A stretch of DNA of 64,000 nucleotides, taken from assembly GCF_009914755.1 (NCBI RefSeq), contig NC_060929.1; one strand, 5' to 3'. Position numbers and translations under genes: made by a program. Shown piece by piece: positions 40,020 to 62,094 of the stretch; the stretch's first letter is position 1; every line of letters begins with the position of its first letter. The stretch comes from the human T2T-CHM13v2.0 reference genome, Homo sapiens. Under the pieces are notes generated by a model, which had not been told where the DNA came from, searched no databases, and worked only from the letters and a program-made list of their open reading frames with translations.

Positions 40020-43000
40020 TAATTGAAAGTCTGATTATTTGGAGAACTTTTTGCAAAGCATAGTGTTCTCCAATATGTTCTTAGAGACACTGGTTCTGTG
40101 GAAGATTTGGTAATGTTTCATGGTCAGAAGTTTGAGAAACTCTGTCTTCAATAAAGTTAAATGTTTTAAATTATGGAACTTTTCAGAGTATTTTATATGC
40201 TAGTGTTTGTGGTATGTATTCGAGGGTGATTATGGCAGGTAACATTTTCCAAATGTGTTTGACCTTGGATCTGTTTTATTATGGTATATATTTTGGGACT
40301 AAAGTTCTAAAAATATACTTTAGGGAAAAATTCTGATGTCTTGGTTTTATTTTTCCGCTTAAAAATAATTCTGTGGTATTTTCTATCAACTGGTATTTAA
40401 TCTTTCACTTAATTTTGTTTCTCTTTCACTTTTATTTTAAGGATATGGTTGTTTTGGACATGTGGATGCTTTGTAATTCTCTACCTGGCCCAATCCAAGT
40501 TAATTTAGTTAATTTCTTTATCAGGTTATAAAAATTTGATTCCATCTCATATTTATGGAGCACCCACTAACTGCTCTGTGCAGTGCCATGTATCACCATC
40601 CATTGAGAACCAAGACTCTTACTCTGTCATCTTGTTTTTCTTGGCCAAGAGCCAGCCTCAAAACTGTGCCTTTCCCCTTTGAAGTGTCTTTCAAATCCAA
40701 GTTCTCACAATTCTAGGTCAAATCTTTAGTACCTCTTTTTTAGATGACAATAGTTACCTTCAAGCTGGTTTCCCTGCCTATAGTCTTCTTGCTTTCTACT
40801 GCTTCATAATACTATGTAAATTACTTTCTAAATTTTTTTTCCTGAAACAAAGATGTATTATATTTTTTACAGTGTTCAAAGCCATCAGTGACTGTCCATT
40901 GCCCTATGGAGAAAAGTTAGAAATCCTTAACATTGCGTACAAGTCCCATTGTAGTATGGCTGCAGTCTACATTCTCCTCATTTTGTAAGTGCTGCAGTTA
41001 CACTGGATGGTACCCATTTACTACAACTTGCCATGAACTTTTTCAGCAATGTGTCTATGCATATACTCTTTCCCTTGCCTATAAATGTCCTTCTTCCCCT
41101 TTACTGAGTAACTTGTTCATCCTTCAAGGATTTCACAATCTCAGTCTCAGCAGTTTGTTCTTTCTTCTGTGCTCCTAGTTCATTCTCACCTGATTTTAGT
41201 ACTGCATCATAAGTATTTGTTTCATGATTAGCAGGCAACCAAATCCCCAAACCTATTAATGTGTCTTCCTCTGGTTTTAAATATCTTGAGGATTATGTCT
41301 TACTCATCTTTATGTTTCCCATTCCTAATACATTGCTACTAGTATAGTTGGCACTCAGTAAATGTTCTTGAAGTTAATTATTTTCCTTGCTGTGGAAAAC
41401 ACAAAACAAACCTAAGTCTTCTATAATATATTCCTTTTTCTAAGGAATTTGTGAGGTGGATGGAGAGAAAGGAGAAACTGCAATGATAGCGGCAACATTC
41501 TGTGGTATTTGCTGTTCATAAAGTTACATTGGCTTGTTTTTGACTGTTGTGGTGCTAATGGCTTTGTGTTACTAACTCATCTAATCCGTATGGCAACTTG
41601 AAAACATAGGTACTGTGGTCATCTCTGGTCATCTTCATTTTATCTATGAGGTAACCAAGATAGAGATAGAGATCAGTTAAGTAACTTTCCCAAGGTAACA
41701 CAGCTAGCTAGTTGGGCAGCTTGGCTCCGTAACTCTCTCCCTTATTACACGAAACCTCAGGAAAGAGTATGGAACATTTCATAAATTGGCCCAAAAGTGA
41801 ATGATGTGGGTAATACAGATATTCTGCTTTATTTCTTCAGCTGGTGGGTGCTTGCTTATGTATAAAAATATGGGACAAGAAACTCTTATACACGTCTTTT
41901 GTTCTTCACACTGAGGGAGTGGAGAACTTGCACAGAAAATTGTGATGTTTAGTTTGTCTTTGACACTCTCAGTCATGTATGGAGTTGAGAATAGTTAGTA
42001 TCTATCTTAGAGTTAACTGAGTGGCTAAAGCATTCCATGGAGGAGCTTGAATGCTTTGCCATCAGAGGTAGGGGAGTGGAGAGGAAAAGAGGTGCTTGTT
42101 GAAAAGTGAAGTTACCCGTCCTGCTGGCATTTAATGTCCAGGGACTTTTAAATAAAGAAACATATGTATGTGAATACTTGCCTGCTAAGAAGACGTCAGG
42201 AAAGGTCTAATTGTTTTTTTCCTGTACAGTTTCAGGGGATCTTCTTTTAGAGGGGCTCCTATTTTGATAAGTGCTTTTCAGTCAAGTTTGCAGTGCATTT
42301 CAGGATCTGCCTACTTTCATTTATGTATCCCGACTCCATCGAGTTGGCCTTTACCTTGAGACAGAATTCTTAGAATAGTGAAACTGAGGCAGGCAGATTG
42401 GTGAAGAGGTTTAGGGATTTTGTTGCCCCTCTACTGGTACTTTTATTTTATTAAGTTTGACCTGTTTATGGGCAGAAGAGATGTATTTGTCCAGACTGGT
42501 TCCTTGGAATCCCAAGGGGGAATCAATATGAGGGAACTAAGACAACTTAGGTATAGAATGTGGGCATGCCAGATTATGGATCTGGGAGTCCTCTTTGGCC
42601 ATCTTCTTGGCTCATCCTGGCATATACAAATACATGGAGATTTTGTTTCTTTGTTTGTTACAATGTGTGGAGGGTGCTTCTGGTATTTAACGTCCAGGGA
42701 CTTTAAAAATATTTTACAGTGTTTAGGGCAGTCCTGCACAAAGACTTGTCTCATCCAGCGTGCCAGCGGTTTGCATTGGGAAATGCTGATGGAAGTCAGG
42801 TGAACTTGCATAGCTGGGAACTTAGAAATAAACATTTGTGGCCTTTGCACTTCAAAAATAACTGTCACAACTCATGCAATAAAAAAACTCATGTACTTGG
42901 CTCCATAGGAGAGATTTTGAGGCCCTCACACAAAGCCTGTTGAGATAACAGTGCTGTATATCTAGTTTTGAGAGGTCAGCTCTCTGGGTTCCTGACCATG

Positions 43001-43466
43001 GCAGACTAAAAATAGCAAACTGGGGGTTGAAGGTACTGTCATGGGGCATGTAGGCAGCTTCAAGAAATGACTGCTGATCATGAAATGAAATGGGAGAATT
43101 ATGAAAATCAGACCCAAGAAACATAAAAGGACAGAAGTCTGAGATTTCTGTTTGCTCTAGTTAAAAATTATCCATGTATCTCAGCAGTTCTTTAGGATAG
43201 ATGAGCCCCTTAGCACAGGGCTCTGATGCTTGTAATTATGACCTGCGTCACCACAAGATATTTGTTTAATCTAATTTATTTTGTTTACAAAGGTCTAGAA
43301 ATGAGCATCATATGTTTTATAAATTTACATGCACATCAGTTTCTTTTCACCATGTATTTTTCTTTAAAGTTCTCATCTCATATACGAATAAATGAATCTT
43401 CTGTCAAGTATGAATTTTGAATGCCTGAATATGTGCCAATATAATAGATTGCTATTTGTATTATAG

Positions 43467-43601
<135 letters not shown>

Positions 43602-44932
43602 TAGCCATGATTTGTTTACTACATATTTGTATTGTTATGATATCTATGACATTCTGTTTTTTTTAATTAAAAAGTATGCAAGATGGAAGCTGTGAATGTA
43701 TTTTAGTTAAGAATTTCAGTGTAAAAATATTTGAATATTGTAAAGTCTTTAAATATGAATTGAGACTTCATTGATTTGAGACAGTTATACAAGATTTTAA
43801 TTCATTGGTACTTGGTATAATGGAAAAATGGACATATTTTACTTAAGATATTAAATGATTTGGGGGATATATTGACTAGGATGGTAAGTAAGACATTTAG
43901 AAAAGAAGTATTGTCATATTATGTGCCACTAAGCTGCCTTCTGCATCCCTTTTTCTCATCTAAATTCACTTCCTGATTTAAGCTCCTATTCAAGGCTCAT
44001 CTCCTTTACTTGAGCTGTGACCCCTTATACTTCCTTTATTTGGATTTTTAAAAATCCTTGGCTCATCACAGTAGAGCACATTGTTAGTCTTTCAGCAGTT
44101 CATATGTGTTAGTTATACCTCCTTCACCAGATTCTAATTTGTGGGGAGCAGGATCATATTTTTTGTGTATCTTATATAAGCCTACCACATTGGTGTGCTT
44201 AAAATAGATCCTCATAAATTCCTGTTGATTAAAAATAATACTTGTGAAATAAAAGTTTAAATAGTTTTGTAACTTCATGAGCATTTTAATGAACATATTA
44301 GGAGGACAAGCTACCAGTTATCTACTACAGCCTTACATACATTATAGATCACAAAGATAAATGTGGTTCTAATTTTTGGTGGGTGTTCAGTAGAAGAAAA
44401 GGATCATTGAGTAGGACAGCATAGCATGGTGTTCCAGAATAATGTAAGAAACAGAACAGGTATCAGTGTTAAAATTTTTTACAACTTTTAATCATATATT
44501 ATGTAGGAAATTGGTAGATAAGGTAATTTTGAGAAAGTGCTTCTGGGAAAAAATTTGTTAGTTGGGAAACAAAACTATTGTATACTTATTTGAAATTATT
44601 AAGTGAAATAAATGAAATTTTAATTAGGGTACCATTTACATAGCCAAAGCAAAGAAGAAGTTTTTTGGTTTTTAAGTGGATTTAGGATTACTTAAAGCAT
44701 AGGTAAGAGTGAGAAAAAAATTCATCTTGAATAATTTAGGCCATTTAATCCTGAATCTTCCAGCCCTTGGTCGTGTATTTTATTATTTGTAAAATAACCA
44801 AAAATGTTGGTAATAGGACTATGAAGTTTTCTTTTGACTTAAGTCATTTAAAAATAGTTTTGTATTTAGTATAGTTTAAAGTTTCAGTATGAAGATGAGG
44901 GACATATGTAATTTTTTGTTTCTTTTTAATAG

Positions 44933-45091
<159 letters not shown>

Positions 45092-45206
45092 TAGAACATA
45101 CTGTCTTAAATATGTTTTTCAATAACATAAGGCATAAATTATTATACCTGAAGAGTTTTTAAAGTGATAATATTTTGTTGAGAGGTAGAGTCAGGCAAAA
45201 GAAACA

Positions 45207-47901
45207 CAGATGCTCCTCAACTTACAATGGCCTTACATCCTGATAGACCTGTCACAAATTGAAAATATCGTTAAGTCAAAAACAGAGTACACTCTAGAGA
45301 ATCAGTTGTTTACCCTTGTGATCACATGGCTGACTGGAAACTATCGCTCGCTGCCATTGCCCAGCATCATGAGAGAATATCATACATATTGCTAGCCCAG
45401 GAAAATACAGAATTCAAAATATGAAGTATAGTTTTTGCTGAATACATATTGGTTTCATGCCATTATAAAGTAAAAAAATTGTCTGGTATGGGCCCTGACT
45501 TAAGTTTAGATTTTACAGTAGTGCAAAACTATCGCAATTTCGATATACTTTTACTTTTGATCTCTTCTTCGGCTAGTGGTGTGGTACATAAGATATTCCT
45601 GTTTTTGGAGGCTTTTCAAGATGGCTGACTAGAGGCACAGGACACTTCTCCACAAAGAAGAACCAAAATAGTGAGTAGGTAATCACACTGTAAATAAAAC
45701 ATCTAAAAGAGAATGCTAGAGTTCAGTAGAGAAGTGACCGGAAACACCTGAGGAGAGGGAGGAGAGGTGGACAGCCTTGCTGGGATCAACCAGAAGCCTG
45801 GAGAGGCTCCTCAGTGTGGAGTTGGGGTAAGTGAGAGATCCCTAGCTGTCCACATTCTTGCTGCAGACTCCTGTAATCCTAACTGTGGGAGAGTTCTTGA
45901 ACCCCATGGGCCCCGAGACTGGCATAGGGAGCTCCCTGAAGTTCATGCAATGGTATTGCTCTAGAAAGGGTGCTCTTGCTGGGTTCCATGCTCCCCCTGA
46001 GTCTTAGGTAGCTGGAGCACGGCTCCATTTTAAGAGTCTAATCCCTGTTAGAAACAGAATAATCTTAAAATTTGTATGAAACCAAAAGAGAACCCAAATA
46101 GCCAAAGCAATCCTAAGCAAAAAGAACAAAGCTGGAGGCATCATATTCCCTGATTTCAACTTGTATTACAAGGCTATAGTAACCAAAACAGCATGGTGTT
46201 GGTAGAAAAGCAGACATATATACCAATGGAACAGCATAAAATACCCAGAAGTAAACCCATGTATTTATAGCCAACTGATTTATTACAAAGTTGCCAAGAG
46301 CATACAACTGGGGAAAGGGCACCCTCTTTAATAAATGGTGCTAGGAAAACTGGATAACTATGCAGAAGAATGTAATGGCCCTTCTCTCTCACCATGTAAA
46401 AAATCAACTCAAAATTGATTAAAGACTTAAACATAAGACCCACAACTGTTAAAATACTAGAAGAAAACAGGAGAAATACTCCAGGACATTTGTCTAGGCA
46501 AAAATTTTATGGCTGACCTTCCTAAAACATGGACAAAAAACCCCAAAATAGACAAATGGAACTATATTAAACTAAAAATCTTCTGTACATTAGAGGAAAC
46601 AATCAACAAAATGAAGACACAACCTGACAAATGGGATAAAATATTTACAAACTATTGACTTAGCAAATGATTAATATCCAGAATATACAAGGAACTCAAA
46701 CATCTCAACTGCAAAGTAACTAATCCCATTTAATGTGGACAAAGGATCTAAACAAATGCTTCTTGAAAGACGATATATAAATGGCTAACAGGTATATGAA
46801 AAAATGCTTAAAATCACTAATTATCAGAGAAATGCAAGTCAAAACCAAACATGCCATATCATCTTACCCCAGTTAGAATGGCTATTATTAAAAAGAGAAA
46901 AAAATAATGGATGCAGGTGAGGATGTGGAGAAAAGGGAACTCTCATATGCTTTTGGTGGCAATGTATATTAGTACAGCCATTAGGGAAAAGCAGTGTGGA
47001 GATTTCTCAAAAAACTAAAATTAGAACTACCACACAGTCCAGTAATTCCACTACTTGGTATATATTCAAAGGAAAGGAAATCGGTATATTAAAGAAATAT
47101 TTGTACCCCTGTGTTTGTTGCAACACTGTTCACAATAGCAAAGATAAGAAATCAACCTAAGTGTCCATTAGTGGATGGATGAATAAAGGGAATTTGGTAT
47201 AATTACACACTGGAATAATATTCAACCATAAAAGAGAGTGAAATGTTGTTTGCAGCAACATGGATAGAACTAGAGGTCTTTATGTTACGTGAAATAAGCT
47301 AGACACAGACAAATATAACAGGCACTCACTCCTATGTGGGAGCTAAACAAGTTGATGTCATGGAGGTAGAGAGTAGAATGGTAGTCACCAGAGGCCGAGA
47401 AGAATGCATGGGATGTGGGGTCGGAGGGTGGATGAGTAGAAGTTGGTTAATGGGTACAAACATATAATCAGAAGTAATAAGTTTAATGTTTGATAGTTTA
47501 GTATGGTGCTTATAGTTGACATCAATATATTGGTCATTTCAAAATAGCTAGAATTAAGGAAGTGAACTGTTCTGAACACACACAAATGATAAATGCTCAG
47601 GGTGGTGAATATCTTAAATACCCTGACATGATCATTACACAGTCTATGCATATAAGAAAATATAACACATATCTCATAAATATGCAAAAATATTATGTAT
47701 TGATTAACAAATAGGCTTTGTGTTAGATGATTTTGCTCAACCACAGGCTAATGTAAGTATACTGAACATGTCTAAGGTTAGCTAAGCTAAGCTGTGATGT
47801 TTGGTAGATTAAGTGTATTAAATACATTTGTGAATTATTGTATTTTAACTTAACGATAGATTAATTGAGGCATAAGCCCATTGTAAGTCAAGGAGCATCT
47901 G
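45207..47901. mobile_element. MER47/Tigger-type MITE pieces in inverted arrangement (about 45207-45600 and 47712-47901) around an L1
   Basis: Outer ends CAGATGCTCCTCAACTTACAATGG and CCATTGTAAGTCAAGGAGCATCTG|TA are reverse complements with 2 mismatches. Confidence 0.75.
45607..47710 (+). mobile_element. L1 (L1PB/L1MA-age): 5' UTR start joined directly to late ORF2 and the 3' UTR
   Basis: CAAGATGGCTGACTAGA start at about 45616. Switch near 46050 to ORF2 sequence (ATAGCCAAAGCAATCCTAAGCAAAAAGAACAAAGCTGGAGGCATC). L1MA-type 3' end. Confidence 0.8.
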
Positions 47902-47904
47902 TAT

Positions 47905-49100
47905 ATTCTCTAGAAGTCCTCTGTGAGATATATGATTTGCACGTATTTTCTCCTAATCTGTAGCTTTCCTTTTCATTCTCTTAACAGTATCTTTCCCAGA
48001 ACAGAACCATTAACTTTGATGAAATCTGTTGTATTTTTTTTTTCTCTTTTCATGAACCTACTTCTGGTTTTCTAGGAATTTGCAGCCTAATCATGACATA
48101 AATATTTACTGTTTTCTTCTAAATGTTTTACATATTTATATTTTATGTTTAGATCTAAAATCCATTTACTGTTAATTTTGTATGATACATAAAGTGCAGG
48201 TCAAAGTTCATTTTTTCTATGTATGGATGTTCATTTGCTCCAATGTGATTTGTTGTTAAAATTATCATTTTGTCATTGAATTACCATGTGTTTGTCTAAA
48301 ATCATTTGATATTTTTGTGAGTCTTTTTCTGGAATCTCTCTTTGATTTCATTGACTTATTTGTCTATGCCAATATCACACTGCCTTAATTATTATAGCTT
48401 AATAGTAAGTGTTAAAATCAGGTATTGTGAACCCACTGACTTTTTTCTTCTTTTTTATAATTGTTTTGGCAATCCTAGTTTCTTTGCCTTTTCATATGTT
48501 TGAAAATCAGCTTTTGTATTTCTGTAAAAAATCCTGCTTGGGGTATTGATTGGGGTTGTGTTTAATTTGTAAATAACTTTATTGAGAAATGACTCCTTAA
48601 TAAGTATTGAGTATATCTATTTATTTAGGTCTTCTTTGATTTCTTTTATCAGTGTCTTTTGTTTTCAGCTTATCAATCCTGCCCTTATTTTGTTAGGTTT
48701 GTACCTTAAGTACTTTTTCTTTCTTTTTTTTTTTGTTGTTGAACTATTGGTAGTATTTTTCAAATTTTGTTTTCCAATGGCTTATTGATAGTATATGGAA
48801 ATACAATAGACTTTTCTATACTGATCTCTATCCTGTAACTTGGTAAATTCACTAATTAGTTTTAGCAGCTTTCTTATAGGTTTTTTGTGATTTCCTTTAA
48901 AGGCAGTCACGTTGTCTGTGAATAAAGACAGTTTTATTTCTTCCTTTTCAATCTGTAGAGCTTTTATTTTTCTTGCTTTATTTTACTGACAAGGACTTCC
49001 AACGTGATGCTGAATAGGAGTGGTAAGTCTGAATATCCTTGCCTTGTTCCCAATTTTAGGGTGAAAGCATTCAGGCTCTTATCATTAAGTAGGATGTTAG
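47905..49100 (-). mobile_element. Old L1M ORF2 fragment
   Basis: Degenerate antisense ORF2 motifs such as GCTGAATAGGAGTGGT...ATCCTTGCCTTGTTCC. Confidence 0.7.
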
Positions 49101-49984
49101 AAAATGCCCCTTTATTGTTTTCACTTCTCTACTTCCCTTTTTAAAAATTCTGTATTCTTACTGCTCTCAAGTGTCTTCTATGTCATTGCTTCATTTTTTA
49201 TCATTTTAAAGTCTACTTTTTCCTATATCCTCTATAGATTTTAAGCTTTCCATTTGTTTCCCTGCAATTCTTTTTTTAAGCCATTTTCATTTTTAAAAAA
49301 AATTCTTGGCTTTTTAATAGTAGCCTGTTTTCTGTTTATATTTTTCCTATATTTTATACAGTCCGTTTTTTTCCTTGCACGTTAGTAGTCATAACAATTA
49401 AAAATATTTTTGTTTTCTGCTTCTAATAGTAAATTACTTTTTAGTGTCTTCATGATGAAAGTTTGTTTTTTTAAAGGTAATATTTTTCCCATAGTTGGAT
49501 TACAGAAGCTTCTCTTTAAGAAATTAATTAATCATTTGTCATATAAAATATGCAAATAAAGAAGTTGGAATGATCTGATTAATTGTACATTGTCCCATTG
49601 AGAATGCTGGAAATTATCTTTTGGTAATTCTGGGTATATCATAGGATTGCTAATATACTATTTTAAAGTCTGAAATGCTTAAATAATATAATGATAACAA
49701 GCATTTATTGTGCTTATTGTGGGTCAGATGTTATAATGAGTTCTTTGTATCTTACAAAACCCATTAATAGTTCTAGTTTATACATGTACTTATAAAATTG
49801 AGGCTTAGAGAGGTTTAAAAAGTTGCCCATGATTGTACAGCTAAGTAAGTGGCTGAGTTGGGATTTGACAAGAATAGTCACATTCCTAAGCTATTATGCT
49901 ATCCTAACACATAGATGTTAGCTGCGGAATTTTTCTGCGTCAGGCATTATGCAGGGTGATTTATATAGTTGTTTGTATGTACTT

Positions 49985-50409
49985 CATATTAGTCCATTCT
50001 CACATTGCTATAAATAACCTGAAATAGGGTAATTATATAAAGAAAAGAGGTGTAATTTGCCCACGGTTCTGCAGGCTGTACGGGAAGCATGATGTGCTGG
50101 CATCTGCTTGGCTTCTGGGGAGGCCTCAGGAAACTTACAGTCATGGTGGAAGGTGAATGGGGAGCAGGTGTCTTTCATGGCAGGAGCAGGAACAAGAGAG
50201 AGAGGGAGGAGGGAGGTGCTACATACTTTTGAACAAGCAGGTCTTGCGAGAACTCAACTATCACAAGAATAGCACTGAAGGGATGGTGCTAAACCATTCA
50301 TGAGAAGCCTGCCCCCATGATCCAGTCACCTCCCACCGGGCCCACCTCCAACACTGGAGATTACAATTGCACATGAGATTTGTTGTGGTCACAGATCCAA
50401 ACCATGTCA
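49985..50409 (-). mobile_element. MST (MSTA-like) MaLR solo LTR
   Basis: ATTAGTCCATTCTCACATTGCTATAAA ... ATCCAAACCATGTCA. Confidence 0.88.
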
Positions 50410-50786
50410 CATACCTTTTAAAAGTGAGGAAATAAAACTTTAGAAAATATTAGTCACTTTATCATATTATCCCAAGTGGTCCATGATGAAACTGAAATGA
50501 GGATTGGATCTGTCTGTCTCTAAGTCTTATTCCTTTTATATCATGCTACCTCTGGCAGCTGTAATGCTATCTTTCTTTTTCATTCTGAGAACTGTTTAGG
50601 ATACTGTGGCCAAAATAGCCAGATGTGAAAACAGATCATGCCATTTAAATTGTAACAAAAATATATTACACTGACTTATATGATGAAAAAAGGTGTACAT
50701 GCAATGACTTTAACTGTTTTATGGTAACTTAGGGTCCTACCCACATAAACTGTGGGGTGCTTGCAGCAGAACACATGTTGGTAGTA

Positions 50787-51109
50787 CAGTCAGCCCTCTG
50801 TATCCCTGGATTTCGTATTCATGGATTAAACTCGCAGCAGATCAAGAATATTTGGGAAACAAAAAATTCCAAAAAGTGAAACTTGAATTTGCCATGTGCT
50901 GAGTACTATGTTAAATCCACAGAAATGATGTGTTGTCATTGTATTAGTTATTATAAATAATCTAGAGATGATTTAAAGTATAAAGGAGGATATGTGTAGG
51001 TTATATTTAAATACTGTGTCATTTTATATGAGGGACTTGAGTATCTGCAGTTTTGGGTGTCTGTAGGGGGTCCTGGAACCAGCCCTCGCTAGATACTGAG
51101 GAAAGACTG
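50787..51109. mobile_element. MER2-type Tigger MITE
   Basis: Inverted termini TA|CAGTCAGCCCTCTGTATCC ... GATACTGAGGAAAGACTG. Confidence 0.8.
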
Positions 51110-51194
51110 TGATTCTGAATTCAAAGAGGGTAAGATCAATGAAATAATGTTAAAAAATCAAAAGGTGTTTATTTTTATTCCATTTTAAAAACTT

Positions 51195-53010
51195 CTTTTT
51201 TAAGCTTTATCGAGGTATAATTGATAAACAAAAATTATGCGTATTCAGGGTGTGCAATGTGATGATTTGATAGCTGTATACATTGTGTAATGATTACCAT
51301 AATCAAATTAATCAACATATCTGTCACCACACAGTTACCACCTTTTATGTGTGGGTGAGTGTGTGCGTGAGGACATTTAAGATCTACTGTCTTTGAAAAC
51401 TTAAAGTAAACAACGTGGTATTATTAACTGTAGTCACCATGCCATACATTAGATTCCCAGAACTTAATTTGTTTTATAGCTAAAAGTTGTACCCTCTGAC
51501 CAGCATCTCCTCATTTCCCTCATACCCCATCCCCAGGCAACTACCATTCTACTCTCTGCTTCAGTGAGTTAAACTTTTAGAGTATGCGTATAAATTAGCT
51601 CATACAGTGTTTTGTCTTTCTGTGCCTGGCTTATTTCACTTAGCATAACACCCTCCAGGATCATCCATTTTGTCACAAATGGCAGTGTTTTCTTTTTAAA
51701 GGTTGAATAATATTCCATTCATTATCTGTTCATTTGTTGACAGACACTTAGGTTGTTTCCTTATCTTGGCCATTGTGAATAATACTGCAGTGAACATGAG
51801 GGTGCAGATATCTCTTCAAGATACTGATTTCATTTCCTTTGCATATATACCAGGAGTGGGATTGTTGGATTGTATGATAGTTTTATTTTTAATGTTTTAA
51901 GGAACCTCCATACTGTTTTTCATAAAGGCTGTACCAATTTACATTCCCACCAACACTGTACAATGGTTTCTTTTTCTCTGCTGTCTTCCTAACACTTGCT
52001 GTCTCTTGTCTTTTTGATAATAGGTATTTTAACGATGTAACGTCATGTTGTATTATGCTTTTGATTTGCATTTCTTTGATGATTAATGATATTGACCACT
52101 CTTTTATATACCTGTTGATCATTTTTATGCCTTTTTTTGGTGGGGAGAATGTCTGTTCAGTTCCTTTGTCCAGTTTTTAAATGGGTTATTAGTTTTCCTG
52201 CTATTGAGTTTGTGAGTTCCTTATGTATTTTGTATGTTAACCTCTTATACATGGTTTACAAATACAGGTTGGGTATCACGTATCTGAAATGCTTGGGACC
52301 AGAAGTGTTTTGGATTTTGGATTTTTTGAATTTTGGAATATTTGCATATACATAATGAGATGTCTTGGGGATGGTAAGCAAGTCTAAACACTGAATTCAT
52401 TTATGTTTCAAATACACCTTATATACATAGCCTGAAGGTAATCTTACACAATATTTTAAATAATTTTGTGTATGAAACAAAGTTTTGACTGTGACCTGTC
52501 ATATGAGATCAGGTGGGAAATTTTCTGTTTATGGTATCATGTTGGAGTTCAAAGAGTTTCAGATTTTGGAGTATTTTAGATTTTGGATTTTTGGATTAGG
52601 GATGCCGAACCTCTGTTTTCTCACATTCTATAGGTTGCCTTTTCATTTTGTTAAGTTTCCTTTGTTGTGTAGAAGCTTTTTAGTTTGATATAATCACACT
52701 TGTTTGTTTTTGCTTTTGTTATGTATTTCATATCCAAAAAGTGATACGCTTTTGGTGTCCTATCCAAAAAATCATTGCAAAGGCCAGTGCTAAGGAGCTA
52801 TTTTTCCTGTATTTTTTTCTAGAAATTTTATAGTCTCAGATCTTTCATTTAAGTCTTTAATTCATTTTTAGTTAATTTTTGTGCATGGTATAAGATAAAG
52901 GTCCAGTTCCTTTTTTTTTTTTTTGCATGTAGATTTTCAGTTTTCTCAGTACCATTAGTTGAAAAGGCTTTTTCCCATGGTGTATCCTTGGTGCCCTTGT
53001 CAAAGACTGG
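51195..53010 (-). mobile_element. L1MA-like 3' fragment with an inserted Tigger4/MER46-type MITE (about 52265-52613)
   Basis: Antisense L1 3' UTR/ORF2. The insert starts TA|CAGGTTGGGTATC...GAAATGCTTGGGACCAGAAGTG and ends AGGGATGCCGAACCT. Confidence 0.8.
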
Positions 53011-53752
53011 TTGAAAGACACTTCTTTTTATCTCTTATTGTTTAGATTTAATAAATGAGAGGGCCAATTGAAAAAAAAACTTGACATTAATAGCTTTTTG
53101 CGGAATATGATTGAAGGGATTTTAAAATTTCATCTCATCTCACTTTAATACGTCTGTTTTTTGCCATTTATTTATTTTTCTTTGTATAAATTCATGGTGT
53201 ACAACTGAAATTTTGTTACATGCATAGATTTCATAATGGTGAATTCAGGACTTTTAGGTAATTTCTCATTATCCACCCTCGCAGCACCTCCTCTCCCTTC
53301 TGAGTCTCCATTGTCTGTCATTCCACTTTTTACATCCATGTGTACACATTATTTAGCTCCCACTTATGAGTAAGAATATGCAGTATTTGTCTTTCTGTGT
53401 CTGACTTGTTTCACTTAAGATAATGGCCTCCAGTTTCATCCAAGTTGCTGCAAAAGATATGATTCTGTTCTTTTTTATGGCTGAATAGTGTTCCATTGTC
53501 TGTATATACACACCATATTTTCTTTATCCAGTCATCCAATGATGGACACTTAGGTTGATCCCATATTGTTGTTATTATGAATACTGTGATAAACAGGAGT
53601 GCAAGTACCTTTTTAGTACACTGATTTCTTTTCCTCTGGGTAGATGCCCCATTGAGGGATTGCTAGATTGAATGTTAGTTCTAGTTTTAGTTATTTGAGC
53701 AATCTCTATACTGTTTTCCATAGAGTTCCCTTTTCTATACTATTTTCCATAA

Positions 53753-54154
<402 letters not shown>

Positions 54155-55067
54155 TGATAGCTCACTGTGGCTTTGATTTGCATTTCTCTGATCAGTGATG
54201 TTGAGCATTTTTAAATGTATCTGTTGGCCATTTTTATGTCTTCTTTTGAAAAATGTCTATTCATGTCCTTTGCCCTGTGCCCACTTTTTAATGGGATTAT
54301 TTTTGTTGTTGTTGTTCAGTTGTTTGGGTTTTTTGTACATTCTGGATATTGGTCCTCTGTCAGGTGCATAATTTGCAAATATTTTCTCCCATTTTGCAGG
54401 TTTTCTATGTACTATGTTGATTATTTCTTTTCCTGGGCAAATCTTCTTAGTTTAACTAAGTTCCATTTGTCTATTTTTATTTTTGTTTTCTGTCCTTTTA
54501 AGATCTTAGTCATGAATTCTTTGCTTAGAACAAGGTCCAAAAGAGTTTTCGCTAGGTTTCTTCTAGTATTTTAAATTTCAAGTATTCCATTGAAGTCTCT
54601 CAATTCATCTTGAGATTTTTTTTATATGATCAGAGACAGGGGTCTAGTCTCATTCTTCTGCTTTTGGCAATGCAGTTTTCTCAGCACCATTTATTGAAAA
54701 CGTTGTCTTTTCCTCAATTTATGTTCTTGTTGACTTTGTCAAAGAACACTTAAATGTAAATATGTAGCTTTATTTCTGGGTTTTCTAGTCTGTTCTCTTG
54801 ATCTATGTGTCTATCTTTATACTAGTACCATGCTGTTTTGGTTATTATAGCCTTGCAGTTTAATTTGAAGTCAGAGAGTGTAAGGCCTCCAGGTTTGTTC
54901 TTTTTGCTTAGGACTGCTTTGGCCATTCAGGTTCTTCATTGCTTCCATATGAATTTTAGGATTGTTTTTCCTAATTTAGTGAAAAATGACAATGGTATTT
55001 TGATAAGGATTGCATTGAATCTGTAGATTGCTTTGGGCAGTATAGTCATTTTAATAATAATTCTTTT

Positions 55068-61533
<6,466 letters not shown>

Positions 61534-61678
61534 ATATCATCATAATAGTTCTTTTGACCCATGAGCATGGGATGTTTTTCCATTTGTTTGTGTCGTGTTC
61601 AGTTTTCTTTCGTCAGTATTTTGTAGTTCTCCTTGTGAAGATTGTGCATCTTGGTTAAAAAAATATTCCTATGTATTT

Positions 61679-62094
<416 letters not shown>

